A stretch of 64,000 nt of DNA from an uncultured Halanaerobiaceae bacterium (GCA_964462585.1 CAYXAK010000001.1:1647-65646), one strand, 5' to 3'. Numbered from the stretch's first letter, positions 1-10,579 are shown. Made by a program: numbers and translations. Notes: a model not told the origin generated them from the sequence alone.

Positions 1-1
1 G

Positions 2-460
2 GTGATTGCTGTTCTCTTATTTCTGGCAGCTGCCGTAACCGATAAGATTGATGGTTATGTGGCCCGGAAGTACGATCAGATAACAAAATTCGGCAAGATA
101 ATGGATCCGGTCGCCGATAAACTTCTCATCGCTGCAGTTTTTATTTCGCTTGTCGATCTTCACCCTTCCGTAACCGCCTGGCCGGTAATAATTATCATGG
201 CCAGAGAGTTTTTGATAAGTGCCCTGAGAATGATCGCGGCCAGCGAGGGAATCGTCATTTCAGCCAATATCTGGGGCAAGGTAAAGACGAATATCCAGGT
301 GTTTGTTGCCTTTCTTTTGATTCTGCATCCGGGTATTATCTCTCTGCCGGCCTTTTTGCCGCGTCTTTTGATCTGGACCACGGCTATTTTCACAATCTAT
401 TCCGGCCTGGTCTATTTCTGGGAGTCAGAACTGGAGTTCTTCGCGGCTCCCGATAACTAA
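2..460 (+). CDS. pgsA: CDP-diacylglycerol--glycerol-3-phosphate 3-phosphatidyltransferase (5' truncated by window edge)
   Basis: CDP-alcohol phosphotransferase motif TDKIDGYVARKYDQITKFGKIMDPVADKLL; conserved position upstream of cinA-recA. Confidence 0.93.
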   Translation: MIAVLLFLAAAVTDKIDGYVARKYDQITKFGKIMDPVADKLLIAAVFISLVDLHPSVTAWPVIIIMAREFLISALRMIAASEGIVISANIWGKVKTNIQVFVAFLLILHPGIISLPAFLPRLLIWTTAIFTIYSGLVYFWESELEFFAAPDN

Positions 461-505
461 AAGCTCTTTTATCCATTCAGGCAAAGAAGGTGATCATTTA
501 AACAT

Positions 506-952
506 ATGGACTGGCAGGATATCAATCGTTTTTTAGCCACAGTTTTTGGACTTGGAAATATATCTCAGGCTCCGGGCACCATAGCGGCAATCGGGGCGGG
601 TCTGGCTTATTATTTATTTCCAGTGCTCTCACATCCCTTTATAATAACAGTAGTATTTGTGACCGGAGTTATCTCCTGTGAAATTGAGGGCAGAAGGTCA
701 GGGCTAAAAGATGATTCAACACTGGTCATAGATGAGATAGTGGGTATGTGGCTGACGTTCATGTTCATAGATGAACCTTCACTGGCATTAATTCTGCTGG
801 GATTCTGCCTTTTTCGTCTCTTCGATATCTGGAAACCATTATTTATAGGAACAAGTCAAAGATTGCCGGGTGGAATAGGGGTTATGCTTGATGATGTGCT
901 GGCTGCAGTGCCGGCCAATCTAATACTGCAGCTGCTGCTTTATATCCTGTGA
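506..952 (+). CDS. pgpA: Phosphatidylglycerophosphatase A
   Basis: Motifs APGT, VIDEIVG, FRLFDIWKP, GGIGVMLDDVLA; follows pgsA. Confidence 0.9.
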   Translation: MDWQDINRFLATVFGLGNISQAPGTIAAIGAGLAYYLFPVLSHPFIITVVFVTGVISCEIEGRRSGLKDDSTLVIDEIVGMWLTFMFIDEPSLALILLGFCLFRLFDIWKPLFIGTSQRLPGGIGVMLDDVLAAVPANLILQLLLYIL

Positions 953-982
953 GCAGTGATCTGAAAGTATGAGGTGTGGTAT

Positions 983-2221
983 ATGGCAGAGTTTGCCCTT
1001 TTAACAATAGGTGATGAGCTTATACGGGGAGAGATCACCAATAAAAATGCTGAGATCATATCCAAAATATTAAGAGGATTTGGCCACAGTCTGCAGAAGA
1101 TAACTGTTATAGGTGATGACCGGGAGGAGATAGCATCCAGTCTAAGAGGCCTGTGTGGCAGATATGAGCGCGTTATTATAACCGGAGGGTTAGGACCCAC
1201 AGGTGACGATATAACCCGTGAGGCCGTTGCCAGGGCCTGTCAGAGGGATCTTGTCTATATGGAGAAAGCTGCAGAAGATATCTCTTCCTATTTCGAAGAG
1301 ATGGGCAGGGAGATGACCTCCAATAATCTGAGACAGGCTTATTTTCCTGAGGGAGCAGAGATAATAGAAAATAACAGGGGTACGGCCCCCGGCTTTATGC
1401 TGGAGCTTAAGGGGACTGCAATATATACACTTCCCGGTGTTACCGATGAGATGGCCGAGATGCTGAAAGGAATACTTAGCAAGGCCGGTGATGGCCATGC
1501 TGATGATATCCCCGAAGAGCATCTTCTCAAAGTTGCAGGTGTGGGAGAATCCACGCTGGAGGACAGGCTCTCTGAAATTATAGACAGCTCAAATTTCAGC
1601 TATAGATTTTTACCCCACGGCGGTGAGATTGAGATCAGGATAAGTGACGGAGCAGCAGCGGGCAGCTGTGATCAGGAGCTGGAAGAAGAAGTTGAAAAAG
1701 TCAGAAAAGAACTGGGCTGCAGAGTATTTGCCTGTGACAGGAATATCGATCTGGCCGGAGCTGTACAGGAGGTTGCCCGTAAAAAAGGTATAACCATTTC
1801 CCTGGCAGAGTCGTGTACCGGAGGCCTTATATGCAAGCGAATAACGGATATTCCTGGTTCCTCTCAATATTTTCTGGGTGGGGCAGTTGCTTACAGCAAC
1901 GACCTGAAGATGAGCATGCTCGATGTTTCAGAGAAAACTCTCCTGGAAAGAGGCGCTGTGAGTATAGAAACGGCTGAAGAGATGGCTTCTGGTGTTCAGA
2001 AGCTGACAGGTTCTGAGCTGGCGGCCGCGGTCACCGGCATAGCTGGACCCGGTGGTGGCAGTGATGATAAGCCTGTGGGCCTTGTATATTTTGCTCTCTG
2101 TCATGATGACAGCATTATATCCAGAGAGTGGCATTTTAACGGTGACAGAAGCAGGGTGCGCTGGTTCACCTCTCAGAGAGCTTTAGATTTTATCAGATTA
2201 TCCATGTTAGAGGAGCTGTGA
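983..2221 (+). CDS. cinA: Competence/damage-inducible protein CinA (MoCF-like domain plus NMN deamidase domain)
   Basis: IGDELIRG, TGGLGPTGDDIT, AESCTGG, GAVS, TGIAGPGGG; ATG at 983 after GAGGTG RBS. Confidence 0.93.
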   Translation: MAEFALLTIGDELIRGEITNKNAEIISKILRGFGHSLQKITVIGDDREEIASSLRGLCGRYERVIITGGLGPTGDDITREAVARACQRDLVYMEKAAEDISSYFEEMGREMTSNNLRQAYFPEGAEIIENNRGTAPGFMLELKGTAIYTLPGVTDEMAEMLKGILSKAGDGHADDIPEEHLLKVAGVGESTLEDRLSEIIDSSNFSYRFLPHGGEIEIRISDGAAAGSCDQELEEEVEKVRKELGCRVFACDRNIDLAGAVQEVARKKGITISLAESCTGGLICKRITDIPGSSQYFLGGAVAYSNDLKMSMLDVSEKTLLERGAVSIETAEEMASGVQKLTGSELAAAVTGIAGPGGGSDDKPVGLVYFALCHDDSIISREWHFNGDRSRVRWFTSQRALDFIRLSMLEEL

Positions 2222-2226
2222 TTATC

Positions 2227-3414
2227 ATGAAAAGGCTGACGGTTCTATCAGGTATTTTCTTATTTATATTTGTTATCTCTGGAATGTCATTCCTGCAGGC
2301 TGAAGAGATGGCTGACTGGCAGAGGGCAGCTCTGGAATTCTATGAAGGAAATTTTGCGGAGACAGCCGATATTCTTGAGGATTATGAGGACGAAGATATT
2401 GTGAGTGAAGCTGATTATAAAGCCCTGGAATATCTGGTAAAAGCTAAGATCAATTTATCCCATCTGGGCAGGGCTGAAGATCTGCTGATGAGGCTGAAAG
2501 AATTCAATTATGTTCAACCCGAGCTGCACTGGCTTCTGGGCAGAGAATATCTCAGCTATGCTGATGGGGATGAGGAGGACAGTTTTAGTGAGGCTATAGA
2601 ACATCTGGAAATTGCCAGAGATTACGGTTTCTTCGGAATTCCTCAAAAGAGGAAGCTGGGCCATGCTTATATCGGTGTGGAGAAATTTTCCGAAGCGCTT
2701 GAGCTTCTAGAAGATGTCAGAGCGGCCGATCCCGGCACTGAGGATTTTTCTGCACTGGCCCGGGCCTACAGTGAGACAGATCAGAAAGGTGAAGCAGTCA
2801 ATGCCTATGAGAGATTGATTGTGCTGTCACCTCAGGATTATGAGGCCTATATGGCTTTGGGCAGTCTTTACAGAGATCTGGATAACCCCCGGGAAGCAGT
2901 CGAGGTTTATGAACAGGGTCTGGATTATAATCCTGATAATATTGAACTACAAAAAGCTCTGGTTGAGGTATATTACGAGCTGGAGGAGTATGAAGAAGCA
3001 GAGAGTCTATTGCAAAGTATAATTGCTGAGGAGCCCGATATGTACGAAATTCATTACGATCTGGGACGTATTTATCAAAAACAGGGAGAATGGGAAGATG
3101 CCGAGGAGAGTTATGAAATAGTTCTGGAATATAACTCCGAACATCTGAGGGCACATCTTGCTCTGGGTGAGCTATATCTTGAGAGAAATAATCATTATAG
3201 AGCATTATCAAAATTCAGCGATGCCGTGGACAGAGACCCCGATTTTGCCCCCGGTTATTATCATCTGGCCAGAACCTATTATGAGCTTGAGATGTATGAT
3301 TCTGCCCTGTCGGAAGTGAGCACCGCTCTCAGGAAAAATCCAGGTCTAACAGAGGCCCGTGAACTGCGGGAGGATATATTTGCCAGGATGCTGGAAGAAG
3401 AAAACCAGGATTGA
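2227..3414 (+). CDS. Exported tetratricopeptide-repeat protein
   Basis: N-terminal signal peptide (MKRLTVLSGIFLFIFVISG...) and several TPR-like repeats (AYMALGSLY, IHYDLGRIY, AHLALGELY, GYYHLARTY); start uncertain (2218 or 2227). Confidence 0.8.
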   Translation: MKRLTVLSGIFLFIFVISGMSFLQAEEMADWQRAALEFYEGNFAETADILEDYEDEDIVSEADYKALEYLVKAKINLSHLGRAEDLLMRLKEFNYVQPELHWLLGREYLSYADGDEEDSFSEAIEHLEIARDYGFFGIPQKRKLGHAYIGVEKFSEALELLEDVRAADPGTEDFSALARAYSETDQKGEAVNAYERLIVLSPQDYEAYMALGSLYRDLDNPREAVEVYEQGLDYNPDNIELQKALVEVYYELEEYEEAESLLQSIIAEEPDMYEIHYDLGRIYQKQGEWEDAEESYEIVLEYNSEHLRAHLALGELYLERNNHYRALSKFSDAVDRDPDFAPGYYHLARTYYELEMYDSALSEVSTALRKNPGLTEARELREDIFARMLEEENQD

Positions 3415-3455
3415 ACAGCAGTCCTTAAATTCACACAAAAGAGGAGGGATCTGCG

Positions 3456-4022
3456 GTGAGATTATTCTTTGCCTGTTTTACGAATGCCAGAGCCAGAGAA
3501 CTGCTGGCCAGAAAGACAAGATGGTTACAGCAGCAGCTTCCAGGTGGCATCAAATGGGTGGAACCGGACAATTTTCATATAACGCTTAAATTTTTGGGTG
3601 AAGTTGGAGAAGATGAGGCGGCAGAATTGAGAGAAAAAATTGAGAAAGAAGAACTCGATCTTGAGGACTTCTCCTATAAATATCAGGGCCTTGAAGCCTT
3701 TCCCCATGTTGACAATCCCCGTGTGATTGTAACTCCTGTAGAACTGGGAGGGGAAAAGATTAAAGAGGTGCACAATTTCATAGAAAAAATCTGTACCGGG
3801 ATGGGCTTTGAGGCTGAAACTCGAAACTTCAAACCTCATTTGACTCTGGGCAGAGTAAAAGATGATGATTTAAAAGATGAAGTTTCCAGCTTCTTCTCCG
3901 AACTGGAAGACCCCTATCTGGTGAATGTTCTGGATCATATGGAGAAATTTTCCCTGGTGGAGAGCAATTTAACACCGGATGGCCCAGAATATATGGAAGT
4001 TTTTTCAAAAAAATTACAATAA
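3456..4022 (+). CDS. thpR: RNA 2',3'-cyclic phosphodiesterase (2H phosphoesterase, LigT/ThpR family)
   Basis: MRLFFA start and two HxT motifs (FHITLKFLG, FKPHLTLGR). Confidence 0.9.
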   Translation: MRLFFACFTNARARELLARKTRWLQQQLPGGIKWVEPDNFHITLKFLGEVGEDEAAELREKIEKEELDLEDFSYKYQGLEAFPHVDNPRVIVTPVELGGEKIKEVHNFIEKICTGMGFEAETRNFKPHLTLGRVKDDDLKDEVSSFFSELEDPYLVNVLDHMEKFSLVESNLTPDGPEYMEVFSKKLQ

Positions 4023-4026
4023 TGGG

Positions 4027-4055
4027 TTGATTATTTTAAACGGATGTTCTATAAT
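4027..4055 (+). promoter_or_regulatory. SigA-type recA promoter with SOS (LexA) box in the spacer
   Basis: TTGATT(4027-4032)-17 nt-TATAAT(4050-4055); AAAC-ggat-GTTC at 4038-4049 is one mismatch from the Firmicute GAAC-N4-GTTC box. Confidence 0.75.
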
Positions 4056-4101
4056 GTAAACAGGTCTATACAAATGAGATGCGGGAAAGGTGGGGTTAAA
4101 A

Positions 4102-5130
4102 TTGGCAGAGGAAGAAAAGGAAAAAGCGCTGGATCAGGCTGTGAAAAATATTGAAAAACAGTTTGGCAATGGTGCCATAATGAAGCTGGGGGAATCCAAA
4201 TCCCTGGATGTTGAGAGCATTCCGACCGGAGCTCTCCCCCTGGATATAGCTCTCGGTGTTGGCGGCATTCCCCGGGGCAGAATAACCGAGCTTTACGGCA
4301 ATGAGTCCTCCGGTAAAACCACTCTCGGTCTTCATATTATCGCCGAGGCGCAGAAGCAGGATGGTATAGCGGCTTTTATAGATGCTGAACATGCACTCGA
4401 TCCCCGCTATGCAGAAAATCTGGGGGTTGAAATCGATGATCTTCTCATCTCCCAGCCTGATAATGGTGAAGAAGCTCTGGAAATAGCCGAAGCACTTGTT
4501 CGCAGCAATGCAATAGATGTCATTGTACTTGACTCCGTTGCTGCCCTGGTGCCACAGGCTGAGCTGGAAGGAGAGATGGGAGATTCTCATGTGGGTTTAC
4601 AGGCCCGCCTGATGTCCCAGGCTCTGCGAAAACTGTCCGGAGCGGTCAGCAAATCCAAGACTGCCATAGTATTTATCAATCAGATAAGGGAGAAGATCGG
4701 TGTTATGTTCGGCAACCCGGAGACCACTCCCGGAGGCAGGGCACTTAAGTTTTATTCTTCGGTGAGAATAGAGATAAGAAGATCTCAGACCATAAAAGAG
4801 GACAGCGAGATAATCGGCTCCCATGCTCGTGTAAAAGTTGTTAAGAATAAAGTTGCGGCTCCATTTAGAGAGGCTGAATTTGATATTATGTATGGTGAGG
4901 GTATCTCCCGGGAAGGCTGTGTGCTGGATATGGGAGTGGATATGGATATAATAGAAAGAGCAGGGGCCTGGTATTCCTATGGTGAGGTGCGTCTGGGACA
5001 GGGTCGGGAGAATTCCAAACAGTTTCTCAGTGAAAATCCGGAGGTCATGAGCGAGATCGAGGAAAAGATAAAGATGAAATCAGGCCTTAAGGAGAACGAG
5101 CTGGAAGCTGAAGAGGATGAAGAGAAGTAA
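4102..5130 (+). CDS. recA: Recombinase RecA
   Basis: GNESSGKTT Walker [35 protein letters not shown]; likely TTG start at 4102 (ORF track opens at 4090). Confidence 0.99.
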   Translation: MAEEEKEKALDQAVKNIEKQFGNGAIMKLGESKSLDVESIPTGALPLDIALGVGGIPRGRITELYGNESSGKTTLGLHIIAEAQKQDGIAAFIDAEHALDPRYAENLGVEIDDLLISQPDNGEEALEIAEALVRSNAIDVIVLDSVAALVPQAELEGEMGDSHVGLQARLMSQALRKLSGAVSKSKTAIVFINQIREKIGVMFGNPETTPGGRALKFYSSVRIEIRRSQTIKEDSEIIGSHARVKVVKNKVAAPFREAEFDIMYGEGISREGCVLDMGVDMDIIERAGAWYSYGEVRLGQGRENSKQFLSENPEVMSEIEEKIKMKSGLKENELEAEEDEEK

Positions 5131-5131
5131 G

Positions 5132-5587
5132 ATGAGTGAAAAAGAGATAAAAGATAAGGCACTCAAACTTCTCTCACGCCGAGAACATTCCCGATTGGAG
5201 CTCAGGCAGAAATTGCTCCGTCGGGATTTTAATTTTTCCGAAATTGAACCCGTTCTGGATGAGCTTGCTGAGAAGGGATATATAGATGATGAGAGGTTTG
5301 CAGAAGAATGGATTCACAGCAGAAAAAACAGCAAACCCAGAGGCAGGTTTCTGTTAAGGGCGGAGCTGAAGGAAAAAGGTGTAAGTTCTGAGATAATAGA
5401 TGACAAACTTAACTCCATGATATCCCGCTCTGAAGAAGAGGAGATGGCTGTCGAACTTGCCCGCAAATGGTTAAGAGGAAAAGACAGAGATCAAATAAAT
5501 ATTGAAAATAAGTTATCCAGATATCTATATCGAAAAGGCTTCAGCAGGGACATTATCAGAGATGTAATCTCAAATCTTTCTTTATAA
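5132..5587 (+). CDS. recX: Regulatory protein RecX
   Basis: ALKLLSRREHSRLEL, GYIDDERFA, LYRKGFS; directly after recA. Confidence 0.92.
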   Translation: MSEKEIKDKALKLLSRREHSRLELRQKLLRRDFNFSEIEPVLDELAEKGYIDDERFAEEWIHSRKNSKPRGRFLLRAELKEKGVSSEIIDDKLNSMISRSEEEEMAVELARKWLRGKDRDQINIENKLSRYLYRKGFSRDIIRDVISNLSL

Positions 5588-5598
5588 TCTTCCCTGTC

Positions 5599-5627
5599 TT
5601 GACACTTGCGGGGAAAAGAGATAAAAT
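5599..5627 (+). promoter_or_regulatory. SigA-type promoter of rny
   Basis: TTGACA(5599-5604)-17 nt-TAAAAT(5622-5627). Confidence 0.7.
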
Positions 5628-5702
5628 GTTAACAGGCTCAAATGTGCAATGCACTGGTTTAATCCGATTTGAAGCATATATAATACGGACACAAAACTGG
5701 AG

Positions 5703-7268
5703 GTGGATAAAATTTATGAACTGCTGATCTGGGGAGTTTTTCGTTTTCTCCCTGTGATAGGATTAATAGTCGGTGTTATTGGCGGCTATTTTGTCCGAAA
5801 ATATATTGCAGAGGCAAGAATTGAATCGGCAGAAAAAGAAGCGGAGAAGATCAAACAGGATGCCAAACGTGAAGCTGAATCAACGAAAAAAGAAATCGTA
5901 TTAGAGGCGAAAGAAGAAGCACACACACTGAAAGAACAGGCCAATGAGGAGATACAGGAGAGGCGGGCTGAACTTCAGAAGATGGAAAACCGCCTCGTAA
6001 AAAAAGAGGATACTCTGGAGAAAAAAGAAGAAGAGCTGCAGACCAAAGAAAATAATCTGGAACAGTGGGAAAGACAGCTCACTCAGGAAGAAGAAGAGAT
6101 AGACTCGATAAAAAAAGAGCAGAAGAGGAAACTAGAAGAGATAGCCGGAATGAATCAGGAAGAAGCGCGAAATTATCTCCTCTCCAAAAAAGAAGAGGAG
6201 CTGGAACATGAATATGCCAAGAAGATAAATGAGAAAGAGGCTGAGCTGAGGGAAAAAGCTAATAAGAAGGCCCGCGAGATAATCTCCATGGCCATTCAGC
6301 GCTGTGCTGCTGATCATGTTTCAGAGAACACCGTCTCTGTGGTCGATCTGCCCAGCGATGAGATGAAAGGCAGAATAATCGGCCGGGAAGGAAGAAACAT
6401 CAGAGCATTTGAGAGCCTGACCGGTGTCGATCTGATCATCGACGATACACCTGAAGCTGTTGTCATCTCAGGCTTTGATCCCATGAGACGGGAAGTGGCC
6501 AGAATAGCTCTGGAAAAACTGATTGTGGATGGTCGTATCCATCCCGCCCGTATAGAAGAGATGGTGGAAAAAGCTGAAGAGGAACTGGACAGCCATATCA
6601 AAGAGATCGGTGAAGAAGCAACCTTTGATACCGGTGTTCATGGACTTCATGCTGAGCTGATAAAATATCTGGGTCGGCTCAAATTCAGAACCAGCTACGG
6701 TCAGAATGTTCTCCAGCACGCTCTGGAGGTTTCTCAGCTGGCCGGGATCATGGCTTCTGAGCTGGAAGCTGATGTAAATGTAGCCAAAAGAGCCGGGCTG
6801 CTCCATGATATAGGAAAGGCGATAGATCATGAAGTTGATGGTCCACATGTGGATATTGGGCTGGATATGCTTGAAAAATATGGCGAAAATAATGAAAAAG
6901 TTCTCCATGCGGTAGAAGCCCATCATGGTGACGCTGAATTTAAATCTGTGGAGGCCGTGCTGGTCGCCGCCGCTGATGCCATATCTGCCGCCAGGCCTGG
7001 AGCCAGGAAGGAGACGCTGGAATCCTATATTCAGCGTCTGGAGGAACTTGAGGATCTGGGCAGATCCTTCAAAGGCGTTAAAAATTCCTATGCTATACAG
7101 GCCGGCCGGGAGATCAGAGTTATAGTAGAATCAGATCAGATAGATGATGCTAAAGCAAGCAAGATATCCAGGGATCTATCACAGAAGATAGAGTCGAACC
7201 TGGACTATCCCGGACAGATCAAGGTAGTTGTAATAAGGGAACGCAGAGCTGTCGAATACGCCAATTAA
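5703..7268 (+). CDS. rny: Ribonuclease Y
   Basis: N-terminal TM helix, coiled coil, KH motif [16 protein letters not shown] motif LLHDIGK; true start may be ATT at 5712. Confidence 0.97.
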   Translation: MDKIYELLIWGVFRFLPVIGLIVGVIGGYFVRKYIAEARIESAEKEAEKIKQDAKREAESTKKEIVLEAKEEAHTLKEQANEEIQERRAELQKMENRLVKKEDTLEKKEEELQTKENNLEQWERQLTQEEEEIDSIKKEQKRKLEEIAGMNQEEARNYLLSKKEEELEHEYAKKINEKEAELREKANKKAREIISMAIQRCAADHVSENTVSVVDLPSDEMKGRIIGREGRNIRAFESLTGVDLIIDDTPEAVVISGFDPMRREVARIALEKLIVDGRIHPARIEEMVEKAEEELDSHIKEIGEEATFDTGVHGLHAELIKYLGRLKFRTSYGQNVLQHALEVSQLAGIMASELEADVNVAKRAGLLHDIGKAIDHEVDGPHVDIGLDMLEKYGENNEKVLHAVEAHHGDAEFKSVEAVLVAAADAISAARPGARKETLESYIQRLEELEDLGRSFKGVKNSYAIQAGREIRVIVESDQIDDAKASKISRDLSQKIESNLDYPGQIKVVVIRERRAVEYAN

Positions 7269-7287
7269 TCGTTCCGGATCGATAGTT

Positions 7288-7321
7288 AAAGGGGTTCTAT
7301 GCCAGAGCCCCTTTCTTTTTT
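7288..7321 (+). terminator. Intrinsic terminator after rny
   Basis: Stem AAAGGGGTTCT / AGAGCCCCTTT followed by a T-run. Confidence 0.75.
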
Positions 7322-7352
7322 ATTTAATTAAATATATCAGGGTGGTCATAAA

Positions 7353-8141
7353 ATGAATTTTCTTTTACTCGGTGATATTGTCGGAAGAGCAGGCCGAAGA
7401 GCCGTGAGAAAGTATCTTGCTGACCTCATAGATAAATATGATATAGATTTTGTTATTGCCAACGGGGAAAATGCTGCGGGAGGCTTTGGCATAACTGAAG
7501 ATGTCTCTGAAGAGCTTTTTGAGTATGGTATAGACTGCCTCACGATGGGCAATCATACCTGGAAAAATAAAAATATATATAAGTTTATAGATGACGAGCC
7601 CAGGCTGATCAGACCTCTTAATTTTGCTCCTGGAATACCCGGACGAGGTGTAAGCTCTTTTCTTAAAAATGGACGCCGGGTGGTTGTTGTGAATTTAATA
7701 GGTCAGGTTTTTATGCAGGCCCATGATTCACCCTTCAGGGTTATTGAGAAAAACATAAAATCCATGCGCATGGAAGCTGACGCACTTCTGATTGATTTTC
7801 ATGCCGAGGCCACCGGTGAAAAACTGGCAATGGCCAGATTTTTGGATGGCAGAGCTGACTGCATTTTTGGCACTCATACACATGTACAGACCAGCGATGA
7901 TCAAATATTACCGGAGGGTACTGCTTATATCAGCGACCTGGGACTTACAGGTGCTGTTGATTCTATACTGGGCATGAAGCCCAAAGAGATCATAAAGAAA
8001 CATCTAACAGGACTGCCGACTAAATTTAAGGTCGGTACCGGGGCAGTGAAAATTGAAGGTGCTGTATACAGGCAGAGGGAAGACGAAATATTTTCTTTCA
8101 GAGTCTGCGAAGATCCTGAAACAGAAACGTCAGAGGTTTAA
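7353..8141 (+). CDS. ymdB: YmdB-family metallophosphoesterase
   Basis: GDIVG, NGENAAGG, TMGNHTW, DFHAEAT, GTHTHVQT; conserved position after rny. Confidence 0.93.
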   Translation: MNFLLLGDIVGRAGRRAVRKYLADLIDKYDIDFVIANGENAAGGFGITEDVSEELFEYGIDCLTMGNHTWKNKNIYKFIDDEPRLIRPLNFAPGIPGRGVSSFLKNGRRVVVVNLIGQVFMQAHDSPFRVIEKNIKSMRMEADALLIDFHAEATGEKLAMARFLDGRADCIFGTHTHVQTSDDQILPEGTAYISDLGLTGAVDSILGMKPKEIIKKHLTGLPTKFKVGTGAVKIEGAVYRQREDEIFSFRVCEDPETETSEV

Positions 8142-8144
8142 AAG

Positions 8145-8960
8145 ATGTCAGCTGATCTTCATATTCATACCAGAGCTTCCGACGGCAGGTTCACTGCCGC
8201 GGAGGTCGTAAAGAAGGCTCAGAAAAAAGGGCTCACAATCATATCTGTCACCGACCATGATACAGTTTCAGGTATGGAATCCGCACTGAACTCTGCCCGG
8301 TCTGAAGAAATAGAGGTTATACCCGGGGTTGAGATTAATACAGAGTTCATGGGTGAAGATGTCCATATTTTAGGCTATTTTATCGATATTCAAAGTAAGA
8401 TTCTGCTCAGAACTCTGACAGGAATAGTTGAAAGCAGAAAGGAAAGAGCGAAGAAGATTATTCAAAATATGCAGCAGGACGGTATCGAGGTTGAATTTGG
8501 AGAACTGCAGGATATAGTAACCGGAGACATATACAGCCGGTCACATATTGCTGAGCTGCTCAACAAAAAGAACATAGTAAGCGATTATGAAGCGGCCTTT
8601 GACAGGTATATACATAAAGACTCACCCTACTATGTGGGCAGATATTATATCTCCGTGGAGAAAGCAATATCTGTCATTAAAGAAGCGGGAGGATTGACCG
8701 TTCTTGCTCATCCAGGTAAAATAGTCAATCGTAATGATGTGATCCTGAGGTTGATCGAAATGGGAGTTGATGGTCTGGAAGTTTATTATCCAGAGCATTC
8801 CAGCAGTGTGACTGCGGAACTAAAATCACTGGCGCAAAAAAATGACCTTCTGATTACAGGTGGTTCGGATTATCATGGTCTGGATAAGAGAGAAAAAAAT
8901 AAACTGGGCAGTGTGAAACTCAGAGATAAGCATATATCAGAGATGAGAAATAGATTATAA
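8145..8960 (+). CDS. PHP-domain phosphoesterase (TrpH/YciV-like)
   Basis: DLHIHTRASDG, TDHDT, HILGY, LAHP, TGGSDYHG. Confidence 0.9.
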   Translation: MSADLHIHTRASDGRFTAAEVVKKAQKKGLTIISVTDHDTVSGMESALNSARSEEIEVIPGVEINTEFMGEDVHILGYFIDIQSKILLRTLTGIVESRKERAKKIIQNMQQDGIEVEFGELQDIVTGDIYSRSHIAELLNKKNIVSDYEAAFDRYIHKDSPYYVGRYYISVEKAISVIKEAGGLTVLAHPGKIVNRNDVILRLIEMGVDGLEVYYPEHSSSVTAELKSLAQKNDLLITGGSDYHGLDKREKNKLGSVKLRDKHISEMRNRL

Positions 8961-9012
8961 ACAGCAGATTTATAAACTCTGTTCAGTCTGAATTTGGCGG
9001 TTATCACTATGC

Positions 9013-9041
9013 TTGACATGAAAATTGTTGTCTGTTAAACT
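9013..9041 (+). promoter_or_regulatory. SigA-type promoter of the rnf-like operon
   Basis: TTGACA(9013-9018)-17 nt-TAAACT(9036-9041) with TG extended -10; implies a leader of about 150 nt. Confidence 0.65.
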
Positions 9042-9201
9042 GATTTCTAGAAGTTTATATTTAGTGTATGAGATTAATTTTACCAGGCTGTGTTACAAAT
9101 ATAACGATATATGGACGCGGTGGTTTTTAGCCTGTTTTTTTGTCTGAAAAGTTAATTATAAGAATCACATTATATTTATTTTTCGGAGGTGTGGCAATAA
9201 A

Positions 9202-10515
9202 GTGGAAGATCTGAAAAAGTTTCCTATTGGAGGAGTGCATCTGCCTGAAGAAAAACACCTGACAACGGATTCCCCCATAGAAGATATGGCACTTCCAGCT
9301 CAGGTAACAATTCCTCTGCAGATGCATATTGGTGCCCCCTGTAATCCCGTTGTATCTGAGGGAGATGAGGTCAAAAGGGGTCAGCTGATTGCCAGCAATG
9401 AAGAGGCCCTCTCTGCCCGAATTCATGCTAGTATATCGGGAGTTTATCGGGGAATAGTTTCGCGTCCTGGACCTGATGGTTCCATGATAGATTGCATGTT
9501 GATCGAGAACGAAGGCCAGGATAATGAGGAGAAACTTCTGGAGCCTTCTTACGCAAAAGCGGAACTCGATGCGGATAAGATTGTTGAGCGGGTGAGAGAA
9601 GCCGGGATTGTAGGGCTGGGAGGAGCCTGTTTTCCCACACATGTGAAGCTATCTCCTCCGGAGGATAAACCGATTGATACGGTAATTATTAACGGAGCAG
9701 AATGTGAGCCCTATCTGACGGTCGATGACAGACTGATGCGGGAGAAGACAAAACTGCTCTTTGAAGGTCTTAATATGATCATGAAAGCAAGTGGAGCAGA
9801 AAAAGGCATTGTATCGAGTGAGATAAACAAGCCCAAAGCCGTGGAGGCGATCAGAGAGGAAGCTGAAAACTGGGATAACTTAAGCGGTGTACCTCTCGAT
9901 ACAAGATACCCCCACGGTGCAGAAAAACATCTGATAAAAGCTGTTTTGAACAGGGAGGTTCCCAGACGTGGTCTGCCGATGGATGTAGGTGTAATTGTGA
10001 ACAACGTTCAGACCACCACCAAAATTGCTGAAGCACTTTACAGGGGACGAACCCTAATAGATAGAGTTATAACAGTCAGTGGAAGAGCTTTAAAAGAGCA
10101 GAAAAATCTGCTGGTACCGATAGGAGCCTCTATAGGTGATGCTATTGACTTCTGCGGCGGTATAGACCGGGAGGAGTATTATACAATTATGGGAGGTCCT
10201 ATGACAGGCAAAAGAGTTGATAATCTGGACGTCCCGGTGGGAAAAGGTACTTCGGGTGTGGTGCTGCTCTCGGAAGAAGAATACAGTGATCCCGAAACGA
10301 GGGTCTGCATAAAATGCGGCAAGTGCGTTGATGTCTGCCCCATGTATCTGCCGCCCAACAGGATTACAGCTTTTGTAAACAATGATATGTATGAAGAAGC
10401 TGAGATTGCGGGTTTGGATGACTGTATTGAATGCGGAGCCTGTGCTTTTGTCTGTCCATCTAAAAGACCACTCCTGCGCTGGATCCAGCAGGGGAAGGCT
10501 GCTGCAGATAGTTAA
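9202..10515 (+). CDS. rnfC: Rnf complex subunit C (NADH/FMN-binding, two [4Fe-4S])
   Basis: HIGAP, GIVGLGGACFPTHVK, NGAECEPY, GGPMTG, CIKCGKCVDVCP and CIECGACAFVCP. Confidence 0.95.
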   Translation: MEDLKKFPIGGVHLPEEKHLTTDSPIEDMALPAQVTIPLQMHIGAPCNPVVSEGDEVKRGQLIASNEEALSARIHASISGVYRGIVSRPGPDGSMIDCMLIENEGQDNEEKLLEPSYAKAELDADKIVERVREAGIVGLGGACFPTHVKLSPPEDKPIDTVIINGAECEPYLTVDDRLMREKTKLLFEGLNMIMKASGAEKGIVSSEINKPKAVEAIREEAENWDNLSGVPLDTRYPHGAEKHLIKAVLNREVPRRGLPMDVGVIVNNVQTTTKIAEALYRGRTLIDRVITVSGRALKEQKNLLVPIGASIGDAIDFCGGIDREEYYTIMGGPMTGKRVDNLDVPVGKGTSGVVLLSEEEYSDPETRVCIKCGKCVDVCPMYLPPNRITAFVNNDMYEEAEIAGLDDCIECGACAFVCPSKRPLLRWIQQGKAAADS

Positions 10516-10579
10516 ACATTTTTTAAAATAAGAATTATACACTGGTATCTTTAGGTTAAAATTTCGGAGGTGAAATGTT

